DNA of 64,000 bases from Macrostomum lignano (GCA_002269645.1 NIVC01001700.1:8676-72675); one strand, 5' to 3'. Positions 40,640 through 52,936 are shown, counted from the stretch's first letter. Notes: generated by a model from the letters alone, not told the origin. Translations and numbers: made by a program.

Positions 40640-42990
40640 CTAATCGCAGAATCAGCTCGGCGTACCGCGTCGTTCGCCTTTGTCCGGGGACCCTGCGCCG
40701 TCTACAACAGCAGGTCTTGTAACGGCTCACGGCAGCGACTCGCTGACTGGATGACATGGCCAGCCCCAACTTGAGTCGCCTCCTCTCGCGCAGCAGGTCA
40801 GAAGGCCGCGTTAGGCGAGCCCTAGCGTAGAGCTCGACATTGGGCGGAGCCCAAGGTGGGGTGCTCACCCCACTGCTTTAGAATCTCGTGATGGACGAAC
40901 TCCTGACGGCTGACGTCCCCAGCAGGATCGTCAAGGCAGGCTACACTGATTATGTCGCTGCTATTGTCAGTGGCCCTGACACCAGCACCCTTCGAAGCTT
41001 GATGCAGCAGTTCGCGGATAAGGCGCAAACCTGGGCTACCCGGCACGGCCTAACCATTAGCACCGCTAAGACGGTGGCCATTATCTTCACCAGGAAGCGG
41101 AAGTGGAGAATGCGGAACCTCACCACCTATGGTAAGGACATCCCCCTAGTCAAGGAAACAAAATATCTAGGTGTGACGCTCACTCACGATCTGCGTTGCA
41201 CCAAGCACGCTGACAATGTCATCGGGCGCGCCAGGCGCTGCTTCGCGCAGGTGAGGAGAGCCATCGGGCCTACCTGGGGGCTATCTCCCAAGACGGTCAG
41301 GTGGATCTACACCGGCATCATTCGACCCAGTATTACCTGCGCGTGTGTTATCTGGTCCAGTGCGTTGGAGTTGAAGACTGTTCGGGACCGGCTGTACCGG
41401 CTGCAGGGTAACATCTGCCGTGCCATCACCGGTGCGTATCCATCCACCCCTTACGAGGGGCTCAACACCATCCTCAGCATGCCTCCGCTGCATTTGTTCA
41501 TTGGAGCTGAGGCGATGAAGGGCGCCAAGCGTCTCATTTGTGATAAATTTATTGCTAACACCCCCTTGGGCTTCATACCCGGGAAGACTCTCATCCCACA
41601 TCTGGACTACATCCGTCGCGATCTTCAACGCATCCACCTCAATTTAGACGAGGTGGACTGCAAACCCCCCACTTTCATCCTCAGGAAGGGCTTCAAGTGT
41701 ACCCTTCCGCCGCGAGGGAGCCACCCACTGGACGTGGGCATCAACTGGAGAAGCCAGGGTATTCACTGCTTCACTGACGGATCCCTGTGTGACGGTTTCG
41801 CGGGCGCGGGCATCGCCATTTTCCACAAGGGTGAGGTGAGGCGATCTTACAAGAAAGTCTTCATCTTGGTGAGAATGTCTCGGTTTTTCAATCCAAAGTT
41901 GTAGGCATCAAAAAGTGCGCTGATTATTTGCACAAGCTGGCATCAGCAGTTTGATATTAATTTTTACTCTGACAGCCAGGCCGCTATTAAGGCCTTGTCT
42001 TCCATCAAGCTCTCAACCAAGTCAGTTTCAGACTGCTTCAAAAGCTTGCATACCCTGGCGATTCTCAACAGAATCAATGTTATCTGGACACCAGGCCACA
42101 GCAACATCCTCGGCAATGAGCTGGTAGATTAACTCGCCAAGCGGGGTTGCACCCCCGGCGGAGCGCAACGCCCAGTCAAGTTACCTTTTCCGAAGTCATC
42201 AGTCAATCGCGCCATTCAGGAGTGGCTGAACCGCCAGCACCAGGTTCACTGGAACAGCTGCTCCGAATATCGGCAAACGCGAATCGCAATGCCTGTCATA
42301 AACCGGAAAGTATCCGAATATCTAATCTCCTTAAGTAAAACTGACCTCAGGGAGATGTGCATGGTCATCACTGGCCATGGCTTCTTCCAGAGACATATTT
42401 CACTGAAAGTGGTTGCTCCTTTATCTGCCCATTCTGTGATCTAGAGGAGGAAACCTCGACGCACCACGTCACTTTCTGCCCGCACTTCAACGAGGCGCGG
42501 AGACATCACCTCGGTCACCCGCGAAGGCTGGACGAGCTCACCACTCCGGACCGGATCCGTGACCTGCGCGCATTTGTTCGGGATTCTGGACGGATGAAGA
42601 TCGCAGACGCCACTCTCGCGAGCTCTTCTGCTGCCGGCGAGGGGTGGGCGCAGCCCCAAGGCTAACGCCTTTCTGTTTTTAGCTTGGGGTTGCGATGGGG
42701 GCCTCGCGGCCTAATCGCGGCGCTCTGCCCCCCGTCAGTAGTAAGTAAGTAGGAGCTCGACGTTGGGCTTCGAACCCCTGCCGCAGCGCACGTCGAACGC
42801 AGAGCGCAGCATCGCAGAGTGCGTGGCGTCCAGCTGTTTCTCCAGGGCATCCGTCAGTGTCCAGGGTTCGGCGTCAGGGTTGTAGAGCAGAACAGTCTCG
42901 ACAACTGCTCGAAATAGCTTGTCCCGTCATCCAGAGCCTCAGATCGCAGCACCGAGTGCACCGAGCATAAGGCGACCCAGGCCAGCCCGC
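40640..42990 (-). mobile_element. RTE-type LINE 3' remnant, split by LINE E3
   Basis: Minus strand reads KLFRAVVETVLLY...PWTLTDALEKQLDATHSAMLRSAFDVRCGRGSKPNVEL at ~42753-42925 and continues PNVELYARARLTRPSDLLRERRRLKLG below 40845, typical of an RTE-clade RT C-terminus. Confidence 0.78.
40846..42752 (+). mobile_element. 5'-truncated LOA/Lian-like LINE, copy E3 (RT C-half + RNase H + CCHC-like finger)
   Basis: Begins at the [19 protein letters not shown] motif; YTDYV, CFTDGS, YSDSQAAI, WTPGHS, CPFC; tail AGTAGTAAGTAAGTAG; 16-bp TSD GAGCTCGAC(A/G)TTGGGC at 40830-40845 and 42753-42768. Confidence 0.92.
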
Positions 42991-43729
42991 GTTCCCTGAA
43001 CTGAATTCCCTTCAATCGGATTCCCCTCAAAAGAATTCCCAGTACTCAGATTCTGCGCCTCAGTCGATTCTGTTCCAGTTTACCCGAACTGCAAAATCAA
43101 AAGTTTCTCCACAAATTTCAGGTATTTTTCCGTTAAAAAAAATTAGATGAGGCAGTGATGTGTATTTAGCATTGGATAAAGAGTAGAATAAATGATAAAA
43201 AAGCAGCGACTTTGCATTCATAAAATTTCACTGCACAATACGATAGTCTACTAACAGAACCATGTTTTTGCTGAATAAGTTTGCAAGCGTATTGTCACAT
43301 GTACACAATCCACTAGTGTCTGTCTAAGCTTAATAGAAGTTTTTTAGGGGCAAAGAGGCAAGGGAAACGACAAGAAAAATACACACACAGTCTTTTTGAG
43401 CCACGTAAATAGTTTCTACCAAAAGAATCCGAATTTTATTCACCCCACAAATGCCTCTTCTACTACTCCAGTAGTAGAGTGCGGGCGAACGGCTAGTAAG
43501 ATGAATATCAAAGACAAGAATGATTTAATTTAAGGCGAAAAACCATCTTACATTCGATCTGTTCCTTATAAACCAGCAGCTGAAATACTGCGCGGCTTCA
43601 GGCAGATAGGAGGAAGACTGCCAAGTTTATCGTGGCGATATGGACCAGCCCTTCGAGTGGCGCAATGAAGGAAGACAGATATGAAAACAGTGTTTGAGAT
43701 AGAAGAAGACAGCAGAGCCGGGAGAATTG

Positions 43730-44400
43730 GACAGAGCCGGACAGGGTCGGACAGGTTCAGAGAGAGTCTGATAGTGTCGGAAGGGTCGGACAGAGTCGGA
43801 CAGAGCAAGTCAGAGCCGGACAGGTTGTACAAGCTCGGATAAGATCGAATAGGGTCGGACACTACAGGAAGTCCCGCACAGGGTCGAACAGACTCGGACA
43901 GTATCGGACAGGGTCGGACAGGGTCGGACAGGGTCGGACAGTATTGGATTGACTCGGACAGGGTCGGACATTATTGGATTGACTCGGACAGTATCGGACA
44001 CGGTCGGACAGACTCGTACATACTCGGACAGAATCGGAAAAACTCGGACAGTATCGGACAGGGTCGGACAGTATCGGACAGGGTCGGACAGTATCGGACA
44101 GGGTCGGACAGCATCGGACAGGGTCGGACAGCATCGGACAGGGTCGGACAGTATCGGACAGGGTCGGACAGTATCGGACAGGGTCGGACAGTATCGGACA
44201 GGGTCGGACAGTATTGGATTGACTCGGACAGTAGCGGACAGGGTCGGAGAGACTCGTACATACTCGGACAGAATCGAAAAACTCGGACAGTATCGGAAGG
44301 GTCGGACTGACTCGTACATACTCAGACAAACTCGGACAGTATCGGACAGGGTCTGACTGAATCGTACATACTCAGACAGGGTCGGACAGAGTCGGACAGA
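43730..44400. repeat. Minisatellite of 10-bp subunits (GGGTCGGACA / GTATCGGACA / GACTCGGACA)
   Basis: Visible tandem array. Confidence 0.94.
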
Positions 44401-44567
44401 GAGCAGAAAAGCGCCGTAAAGAAGGAGCTGGCAAAGGGCCGATAGAACTCAGTGAACAGGCAGCGAATTGAAAAGCAGTCAGCATAGCCAGTCAGCCAGC
44501 TCAGAATAGATATGAAATTCAATTACAGCAGCGACGGAGAAAGGGCTGTGAGGGCGCTGAAGGCCCT

Positions 44568-47500
44568 TCAACTGCAGAAAGATTTCGACAGCACGCAGGG
44601 CTGGCAGTCCACTCTGAACGGATTCTGCAACAGACGGCAGGACTTGGCCTTGCAGTCGGGATGGTTGCCTGGATAGCTGACCGTGACGTTCCTGTAGGGC
44701 CGGCCGCAGCACATCACGCTGCAGAGGATCTCGCGGCGGCGTTCCCCTGTGTCGCTGGCCAGAATCTGCTGCGCCTCCGGGCTGCCGTCTGGCAGGCATT
44801 CCCTGCGGGTGGGGCAGATCATAGGATAATTATAGGTACGCAAAGGAACATTCCTGGATGAGTAGTCAAGCGGTAGCCCGTCTGACTCTCGCACCAGAGT
44901 CCCTTGGTTCGATTCCAGATTCGGAATTTGAGCACTAAGTAATGGTATGTGAGCTTGTCGTGCGATTATCGCCCATGAAGGCCAACCCACAAGGCACAGG
45001 GAGTGTACATGCCTGATGATAAGAAAGTCAGAGCCGTCGTGCACCCCCTGCATACGCATCCGGTCAGCGGACTGCTTTCCACCTCACTACTAACTGACTC
45101 AAATGACGAAGGTCAAGGCACGATTGTGAGTCGAGGGCCCTGTTCGCTAAACGCAGCTAATATTCACAATGTCCCCAAATATTTAGCTATGAATTTTCAC
45201 CTGTAGATATCAAGGAACTCAATATTACTGGCGGCCTGAACACCCCGCAGCCTCGGCCTGTTGTTTAGCGGTGGTGGGGGGGGAGGTTCGGGCGATTTTT
45301 CGGGCTTTTGAGTGGCCGGCAGGGTAGGCCGAGTGGCTTCCAATGCACAGATTGGGGCCTGATAGCGGAACTATGCGGGGCCCGGTGCGAGACAATCAAT
45401 CATGGCCCCCTCTGCCGCGGGCTGGAGCGGAGCGGCGGTTTGGCGCCCGCCGCCTCCGCCATGGAGCTCTAAAACTAGCTATCCGGATTGGAAACTGACT
45501 GCATGTCGCCGATCATCTCAACTGGATTACAATAATTATAGATTTGATTGCGTTTCAAAGTTTGCTAATAACTGCGCGTATCAACCTCTTTATCGAAATA
45601 AGAGATACATGTTAGTTCCTGAAAAAAAGTACGATCCAAACATGCAGAAGCTTCGGCCACTTCATCAGCTTCCATTCCAATTGCTCGATTTAGAGCTCCG
45701 CGTCTCGGCCATGCAGCGCGGGGTTACAGGAATCTCGGACTTCAACTCCCCGGTCCCAACAATCCAATCTGGGTGGGGGGGGGGCAGCGCTGTTTAGCCG
45801 CTGGTTTTGGCAGCCCAGCTTATTAATAGCCGTCTGGGATTTCAAGGCAGTGCGGGCCTGTTGGGGGTCATAAATTTGTCCAACTCTCCGTGGGCAGCCG
45901 CGGCGCCCCCTCCCCCAAAGCACCTGCAACAGATCCCGGAAGTTGGGTCTCTATCAGGCCGTAAGTTAGATATATGAGGCCATTTCTATTGGCATTGGAT
46001 GCGCCTGAAATGAACTGTGTTCGCCCCGGCTGAATAAGCGCGCAGGTGTATTTTTTACAATATCTGACATAAGCGCGCACAAGCATAAGCGCACAGACGC
46101 GGCACTGACTTGTACTCAACAACATTGAAAAGTCGACACCCTTTGCTCCAGTGAGCAGTGTCTATCCACTGGCGCCTATCACCTGGCCAACCATTTTGAT
46201 ATAAAAAATGCTTGAAAAAAACAATGAAAACCGGGCGGAAGCTTCAATCCACTCAGTATTCGCCCTCCGCTCTTCCCAATCCCTCCTCATCCAGCCCCAA
46301 CTCTGCGTCGCGTGTAAATCGCACAAGCCCAACCGGAATAGTCAGACGCATTTACCGCCCCCCCCCAAGATGGTCGGACTTTCGACATGAAGTTCTGGCC
46401 TGGGGTTTGTCAGTCTATTCACACCCAGGGAGGGCGAACCTCAAGGTACAGAGAGTGTACATGACTGACTGTCGCCAGAAGCCGTAAGATAGAAGGTGCC
46501 CATGCGGTAAACACTCTTGTAATATTCTGAGTCCTGATTCCTTAAAGCAGAAGAAGTACTGTCTGGAACTGGGGCCCGATGCACAAGCATCATTGAGACG
46601 ACTCATAAGGGCTTTGGGCACCTTTTAGTTTGTTGGTTGACTCATAAGGGCTTTGGGCTCCTTTTAGTTTGTTGGTTGACTCATAAGGGCTTTGGGCACC
46701 TTTTAGTTTGTTGGTTAACTCATAAGGGCTTGGGGCACTTTTTAGTTTGTTGGTTAACTCATAAGGGCTTTGGGCACTTTTTAGTTTGTTGGTTAACTCA
46801 TAAGGGCTTTGGGCACCTTTTAGTTTGTTGGTTGACTCATAAGGACTTTGGGCACCTTTTAGTTTGTTGGTTAACTCATAAGGGCTTTGGGCACCTTTTA
46901 GTTTGTTGGTTAACTCATAAGGGCTTTGGGCACCTTTTAGTTTGTTGGTTAACTCATAAGGACTTTGGGCACCTTTTAGTTTGTTGGTTAACTCATAAGG
47001 GCTTTGGGCACCTTTTAGTTTGTTGGTTAACTCATAAGGGCTTTGGGCACTTTTTAGTTTGTTGGTTAACTCATAAGGGCTTTGGGCACCTTTTAGTTTG
47101 TTGGTTGACTCATAAGGGCTTTGGGCACTTTTTAGTTTGTTGGTTGACTCATAAGGGCTTTGGGCACCTTTTAGTTTGTTGGTTGACTCATAAGGGCTTT
47201 GGGCACCTTTTAGTTTGTTGGTTGACTCATAAGGGCTTTGGGCACTTTTTAGTTTGTTGGTTGACTCATAAGGGCTTTGGGCACCTTTTAGTTTGTTGGT
47301 TGACTCATAAGGGCTTTGGGCACTACCCCAAGTCAACACGACGTAGGCAGGCAAGCTCTCGTGTCAATTTTTCTGACCTATTTTGAGAACTCATACGGAT
47401 ACGTACGTAGACACAGCGGCCTCTTGGTTAACCTTCATGGGTTTAAATACGAGTATTTTGTGCACGAGCCTCAAATTTATGTTTTATGGAATCAAACGAG

Positions 47501-50424
47501 CCCACTGTCAACGAGTTCTTTGGCGCGAGCTATTGTATGCACACTCCTTGGTTGAGTGTTCTCATAGTGTTCTCACCTGTTACTAGTTCCCGGATAAACG
47601 TCCTCCCTCCGTGAGCAGTAGTCCAGCGAGTGCTCCTTGAACAGCAGCACGCTTGCCCGGGGCAGGCCGGGGACAACTTTGTATGACTCGCACAGCGGCT
47701 TCGCCGCCAGGGGGTTGCTGCCAGCCTGCCTGTCAGCCTCGGTGCAGCGCTCCTCGTAGCCTTGGTAGCCGCGCTCGTCAAATATGGTGCGGCGCAGGTT
47801 TTGCTGGATTGGGGAATTATATTTATGAGCTCAGGCTTCGTTCTCACCTCTCGACTTCATCCGAGATAGTAGAAATAATTCATCAATTTGCAGCAGGAAA
47901 GGGAGGACGCCTTTCGCGAAATCGTCCCACCCCTAAAACTGACTCCTTGAGCACACACAAGCCCGCCAATACTGTACGCCTGCTGTATCGCGTATCCTTT
48001 AAATCCCAAATATTTTCCATGTTATTAAAACCTCTTCCATATCGCCTAAGTAGAATAATTATGAATTAAACTACCTCAACAATTATGTGATAGTTCGAAT
48101 TTGAGCCTCACCTTATCGTACAGGTTAATTAAAAAATCGATAGGATCGTCTTCGTAGCGCCGCACGTAGGCAGACGGAATCATCTGGATGCCTCGCTGGT
48201 GCAGCACCTTGTGGCAGGTTCTGATCGTGCAGGAGGCGCTGCTGCCGTGGCATTTGCACCTGACCGCTTCGCTGTGCTTCGTAGCCCTGATGCCCACCCG
48301 ATAATTGTGCCGATTCACCTTTTTGACGAATCTATCGAAGGTTTTCACTGTCCTGCGGCCTCTCGGCCTCCGCCTTCGCGCGCGCTTCCTCTTGCCGGCA
48401 AAGCCCAGGAACTGGCGCGCCAGGCGCTGGCCCATGCGCAGGTTGGTGTGGCAGCCTTCCAAGCTGAAGCGCACCTCGGGCCACCTGGCGCGCAGCCATC
48501 TGGGCTCGGCGCCGCACGGGCAGTTGGCGATGACGCCTCTGGCGCAGTCGTTGGCCAGCGTGGTGGCCAGCACAAAGCCGGACATTGCGTGCACCAGGGC
48601 CTGCTCCGCTGTCACTGGGTGGTGAGTGAAAAATATCCAAATTATATTTACTGTGTTTCTTACAGCAGTGCTACTAAGTGTCAGAGGTCTCTGCACTAGG
48701 TCATCAACGTGTTAGCAACTTTTGTCTAGTGATACGTGCGCAGGCACGCGCTCATACTGGGTGTACAGCGACCTTGACTGTCACATTGTCAGGCGATGTA
48801 CACACTCTGTGCCTTGAGAGTTGGGTCTCGCGGGTGAAAATTGCACGACAGACCCTCACGCCATCATTCAGTGCTCAAATTCCAAATCCAAGCAAGGAAT
48901 CCAAGAATCGAACCAACAACCCTGGCGCGAGTGTCCGATGCGTAAACTGCTGAGCTTGCTCCGCCCCTCACTTAACAAGCCTTTCAAATGCTCATGTTGA
49001 ACCACCAGCCTCCAAACGCCAGTTCAGTCCCCAGGCAGACGTTTAAAAAAGAAAAGAAGCGTCATGTCGAACATAGAAGATTAATTTGGGATGTCAAGGC
49101 TTGGAGGAAATCACTATAATGCTGTCAAGTCTTTGCTGTTAGGGTTAGGGTTAGGTTTGGAGTTAGGGATATTGTTAGGGTTAGGGGGAAATGCTGAGAT
49201 TTCAAGGCTTACGGGGGGAATAGCTGAGCTGCCAAGACTTAGAAGGGAATTGTTGAGGTTATTGCAACGAGAAGCTACATTTAGTTTATTAAAAAATTTA
49301 CGTTTCATTCTTGGTTGGCTTGGGGGGGGTGGATTGCTAGTAACATCTATCGAACATGTGCTGGCTTGATATTCCAAGCGAACGTTACACAGAGCGGCGA
49401 GAATTGTTTTGCCAAAAGAATAAAAGTTTAAAATAATGATGATGCCAAATCCTTTTTGAGATGTTGATTTAAAAATCTACTAGTACATTCCATCCTTGGT
49501 GCTTTTAGAGACACTCACGGGTTCGCAGCTCGGGCGCCAGTTCAGGAACGTGCTCCAGCACGCCGCAGTTCCACCTGAAGCCGCGAAATTGCTGCTGGCA
49601 GAGTGCCAAAGTCTGCTTGGAGGCCTCGATCAGAGAGGAAACAATGGCTGCCTTGGCTGCCCTTCGAGTCCATTTTTTGCAGAACTTGGCCTGGCTCAAA
49701 TCGAAGATCATCCGCGACTGCATGGCCTGGCAGAAGTTGCTCTGCACCGGTCTGTCTGCGCGGGCTTCCAGTTTGTACAGGCCACTGTGGAGCGGCCAGG
49801 GATAGAGGGGAGAGTGGTGAGCACTGGTCAGGGATAGAGGGGAGAGTGGTGAGCACTGGTCAGGGATAGAGTGGAGAGTGGTGAGCACTGGTCAGGGATA
49901 GAGGGAGAGAGTGGTGAGCACTGGTCAGGGATAGAAAGGAGAGTGGTGAGCACTGGTCAGGGATAGAGGGGAGAGTGGTGAGCACTGGTCAGGGATAGAG
50001 GGGAGAGTGGTGAGCACTGGTCAGGGATAGAGGGAGAGTGGTGAGCACTGGTCAAAGATAGAGTGGAGAGTGGTGAGCACTGGTCAAAGATAGAGTGGAG
50101 AGTGGTGAGCACTGGTCAGGGATAGAGGGGAGAGTGGTGAGCACTGGTCAGGGATAGAGGGAGAGTGGTGAGCACTGGTCAAAGATAGAGTGGAGAGTGG
50201 TGAGCACTGGTCAAAGATAGAGTGGAGAGTGGTGAGCACTGGTCAGGGATAGAGGGGAGAGTGGTGAGATCAGGACTGAGGATGGGAGGGCTGAGCACTG
50301 ACAAGTAGAGCAGCACTCACAGCCATTGAATCGCTCCGCAGGTGTTCAGGCAGCCAGAAATCAGCAAAAGCAGCAGAAGCAGCGGCGCCTGGCTGAGCAG
50401 AAGCAACAGAGGCGCAGGCCTCAT
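44568..50424 (-). CDS. wnt11: Divergent Wnt ligand, Wnt11-like (~444 aa model)
   Basis: Exons 50321-50424 (signal peptide, IQWL, phase 2), 49519-49784, 48112-48614, 47577-47803 and 44568-44802, all GT-AG and phase-compatible. Motifs CQQQFRGFRWNC, TAEQALVHA, CPCG, CKCHGSSASC, LDYC, GTSNREC, CCGRPY. Wnt identity is clear; the Wnt11 subfamily call is inferred from IQWL and WNCGVLEHVPELAPEL. Confidence 0.9.
44856..45065 (+). mobile_element. tRNA-derived SINE, family A copy (Wnt intron 4)
   Basis: Head GTAGTCAAGCGGTAGC...GGTTCGATTCC; core CAAGGCACAGGGAGTGTACATGCCTGATGATAAGAAAGTCAG. Confidence 0.8.
46400..46480 (+). mobile_element. Partial family A SINE core
   Basis: GGGGTTTGTC...CAAGGTACAGAGAGTGTACATGACTGAC. 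Confidence 0.6.
46600..47322. repeat. Intronic minisatellite, 39-bp unit GACTCATAAGGGCTTTGGGCACCTTTTAGTTTGTTGGTT
   Basis: About 18 units in Wnt intron 4. Confidence 0.96.
48705..48950 (-). mobile_element. tRNA-derived SINE, family A copy (Wnt intron 2)
   Basis: Reverse complement: GGTTCGATTC B box and core CAAGGCACAGAGTGTGTACATCGCCTGACAATGTGACAGTCAAGGTCGCTGTACAC. Confidence 0.78.
49797..50268. repeat. Intronic minisatellite, ~32-bp unit AGGGATAGAGGGGAGAGTGGTGAGCACTGGTC, filling Wnt intron 1
   Basis: About 14-15 units between Wnt exons 1 and 2. Confidence 0.96.
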
Positions 50425-51581
50425 GGGTGCTCAGGAAGTCACTGACAGTGGCTGAGCAGCCGCTTGATTCAAATTTCTTCAGCGTGAAAGAATTGATTAA
50501 ACTTTTGCAGCCCAAATTCCAGTGGCGGGTATCAAATAATTTACCATATTTGCAGAGTCTGCAGCGATACCATGGTTCATTAGTTTTTATCGGGACTATC
50601 GGCCTGTCTCTCCCTCTCTCTTGTTTTTCTCGAATGGTGGACCAATGGTGAGTGTGTCTGTGACGGGGCCATACGTAAGAACGAACGCGCGCAAGATTCG
50701 CAGCGGAATTCTTGCATGGAGAATACAAAGATGGGGAGGGGGGGCACAACCGATGGTTTATGATCGCAGGTTTCCCGATGCCAGAGTGGGGCGAGACGGC
50801 AGCATCAGAGGTTAGTTGAGAGCGGTTAGCGCTGGATCAAGGACTTCTGGAAACTTGGATTGGACACAAGCCAGAAAAGCAAAATAAGTAGACCCCATCT
50901 GAATAATTTCAAAGCATAATGGGAACTTTAAAACCGTCAACAGCTATACAAACAGCAGATGACGCGCCTGCCGTCGCCGGCAGGGTGCCTGCAAGGTCAG
51001 CAGTGCGACTCGGCGAGGATGATGTGGCTCTCCAGCTGAAGTCCCCGACAGCGCAACCTAAGTCGCTTGGGCGGACCTTGGCCGGCTCGGTGGTTGAGTT
51101 CCGCGTTGGTGACTCAGAACATATCGCTTCCTGATGATCAGATTTTGAGTCAGCAAATTGATTCGGGGTCCAGCTTCAGTCCGCGGGGGGGGGCTATCCA
51201 GAGGTCCATGCAGGGAGCAAGCGTTTTTAGATTTCGCATTTCTAAAGCGCAGATCCGCATGAAAGAGATTTTTGCTAGCGCGAGGAGGGGGAGGGAGGGT
51301 GAGGGGCAACAGGCGGAGCTTGCGGCCGGAGAGTCATAAATTTCCCATTCGGGAGGCCGCTATCGCGGATTTCTCCCAGCCGAGGGCGGGGAGCTTGTAT
51401 ATCAGCGGCGCGACCGCTGTCTGTGACTCCCCTCATGCCAGACCGGCCCCGCCCAGCCGCCCCTCTTTCAGGATCCTTCTTTGCATACATGGTGCTTAAC
51501 AGAAGCAGCCTATGCATAGGTGGGGAGCCCGACCACCTGACTGCCGCTATTTGACCGCCGTCCATATCCGACAGTCGAAGA

Positions 51582-51890
51582 TTAGGGTTGGGGTTTAGGT
51601 TAGGGTTGGGGTTTAGGTTAGGGTTGGGGTTTAGGTTAGGGTTGGGGTTTAGGTTAGGGTTGGGGTTTAGGTTTGGGTTAGGGTTTAGGTTAGGGTTGGG
51701 GTTTAGATTAGGGTTAGGGTTTAAGTTTGGGTTATGGTTTAGGTTAGGGTTGGGGTTTAGGTTAGGGTTGGGGTTTAAGTTTGGGTTATGGTTTAGGTTA
51801 GGGTTGGGGTTTAGGTTAGGGTTAGTGTTTAGGTTAGGGTTTAGGGTTTAGGTTAGGATTAGGGTTTAGGTTAGGTTTAGGGTTTAGGGT
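51582..51890 (+). repeat. Interstitial telomere-like G-rich tract (TTAGGG/TTGGGG/TTTAGG, 18-bp higher-order unit)
   Basis: Directly visible; unique sequence on both sides. Confidence 0.9.
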
Positions 51891-52936
51891 AGGTCCAGAA
51901 GTCAAATTGTGATAGTCAAAATCGTAGACCCAATTTTATCCTATCATTTGCTCTACCACTTTTTGCAGCCTAAAACCAGCGAGGCATGCACGGCCAGAAC
52001 TTTCCCGTTCAATTAATTCTTCCATAAACTCTGTTTGCTTTCAGTGTTCTCAGTGTAATAATTAAAAATGGACTCACCTAAACTATGACTTCAACTAGAA
52101 TAGTAAATACTTCGTAGATACATGTAGATACTTAATTAGGAAAGGAATTCCCTAATTAAGGGAGTTAGAAAAAATGCATTGTCAACAAAGCGTGGAGTGC
52201 TGCAGTTGCGGACAGCTGCACTCTGACAATAAGCCACAAGTGCTTGATGACGGCATTGCAAAGGGCGAGTGCAGGCCGCCGCCCTAAAAGTCTGCCTCCA
52301 CTTCAGAGAGGGTCTTTATGTCTGTTGTTTGGGGTGGGGATTGAACTACATTTAATACCAAAAGTTATTTTCAATAAAGCACAAGCGAGAAGGGTCCGTG
52401 GGAATCAGCCAGAATTGTGATAGCTCGTAGCCTGTGAACGGCGCGTTATAAGATGATGCGAACGGGGTTTTGAAGGGGTTGCCTGGAGGGAATTTATAAC
52501 AAATAACTCAAGGTCTTCGATTTAACTACGAGTATGTCTAAGCCAAGGACTACTTAAGTAGAAGGACGGCATATACGTTTCTTGGAAGATTTTAGGAAGC
52601 CGGTATTACCGAAAAAATACATTACAAAGAGATATGAGATTTTCATTTTTTCAGAACCAAAATTGCTATTGCTTTTGATAGAAGCGAGACCCAATGTTCA
52701 TCTTTGGATATGACTTGCCATTCTTATAGCTCTATTGATGTTCACAAAGCTTTTAGTTTTAGAGCGTAAATCAAAGCTTTCATAAACTAACATACGTAGA
52801 CTTTTTCTATTGAATTAGATCATTAGATCAGTACTTACATGTAGCAATCAGTGCCCCTGTTGGGGAGTCAACAAAGAATCGAATACAAATTTTTTAATAA
52901 ACTACATCTAGCTTCTGACCATCTCAGAAATAACCC

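Noticed and set aside
44856-44930. Functional tRNA gene (also at 28120-28195)
   Set aside because: The tRNA-like heads lack a complete acceptor stem and run into SINE bodies.
46590-47386. (GAQSPYESTNKLK)n ORF
   Set aside because: 39-bp intronic minisatellite in Wnt intron 4; no splice support.
51582-51890. True chromosome end
   Set aside because: Degenerate units with unique sequence on both sides.
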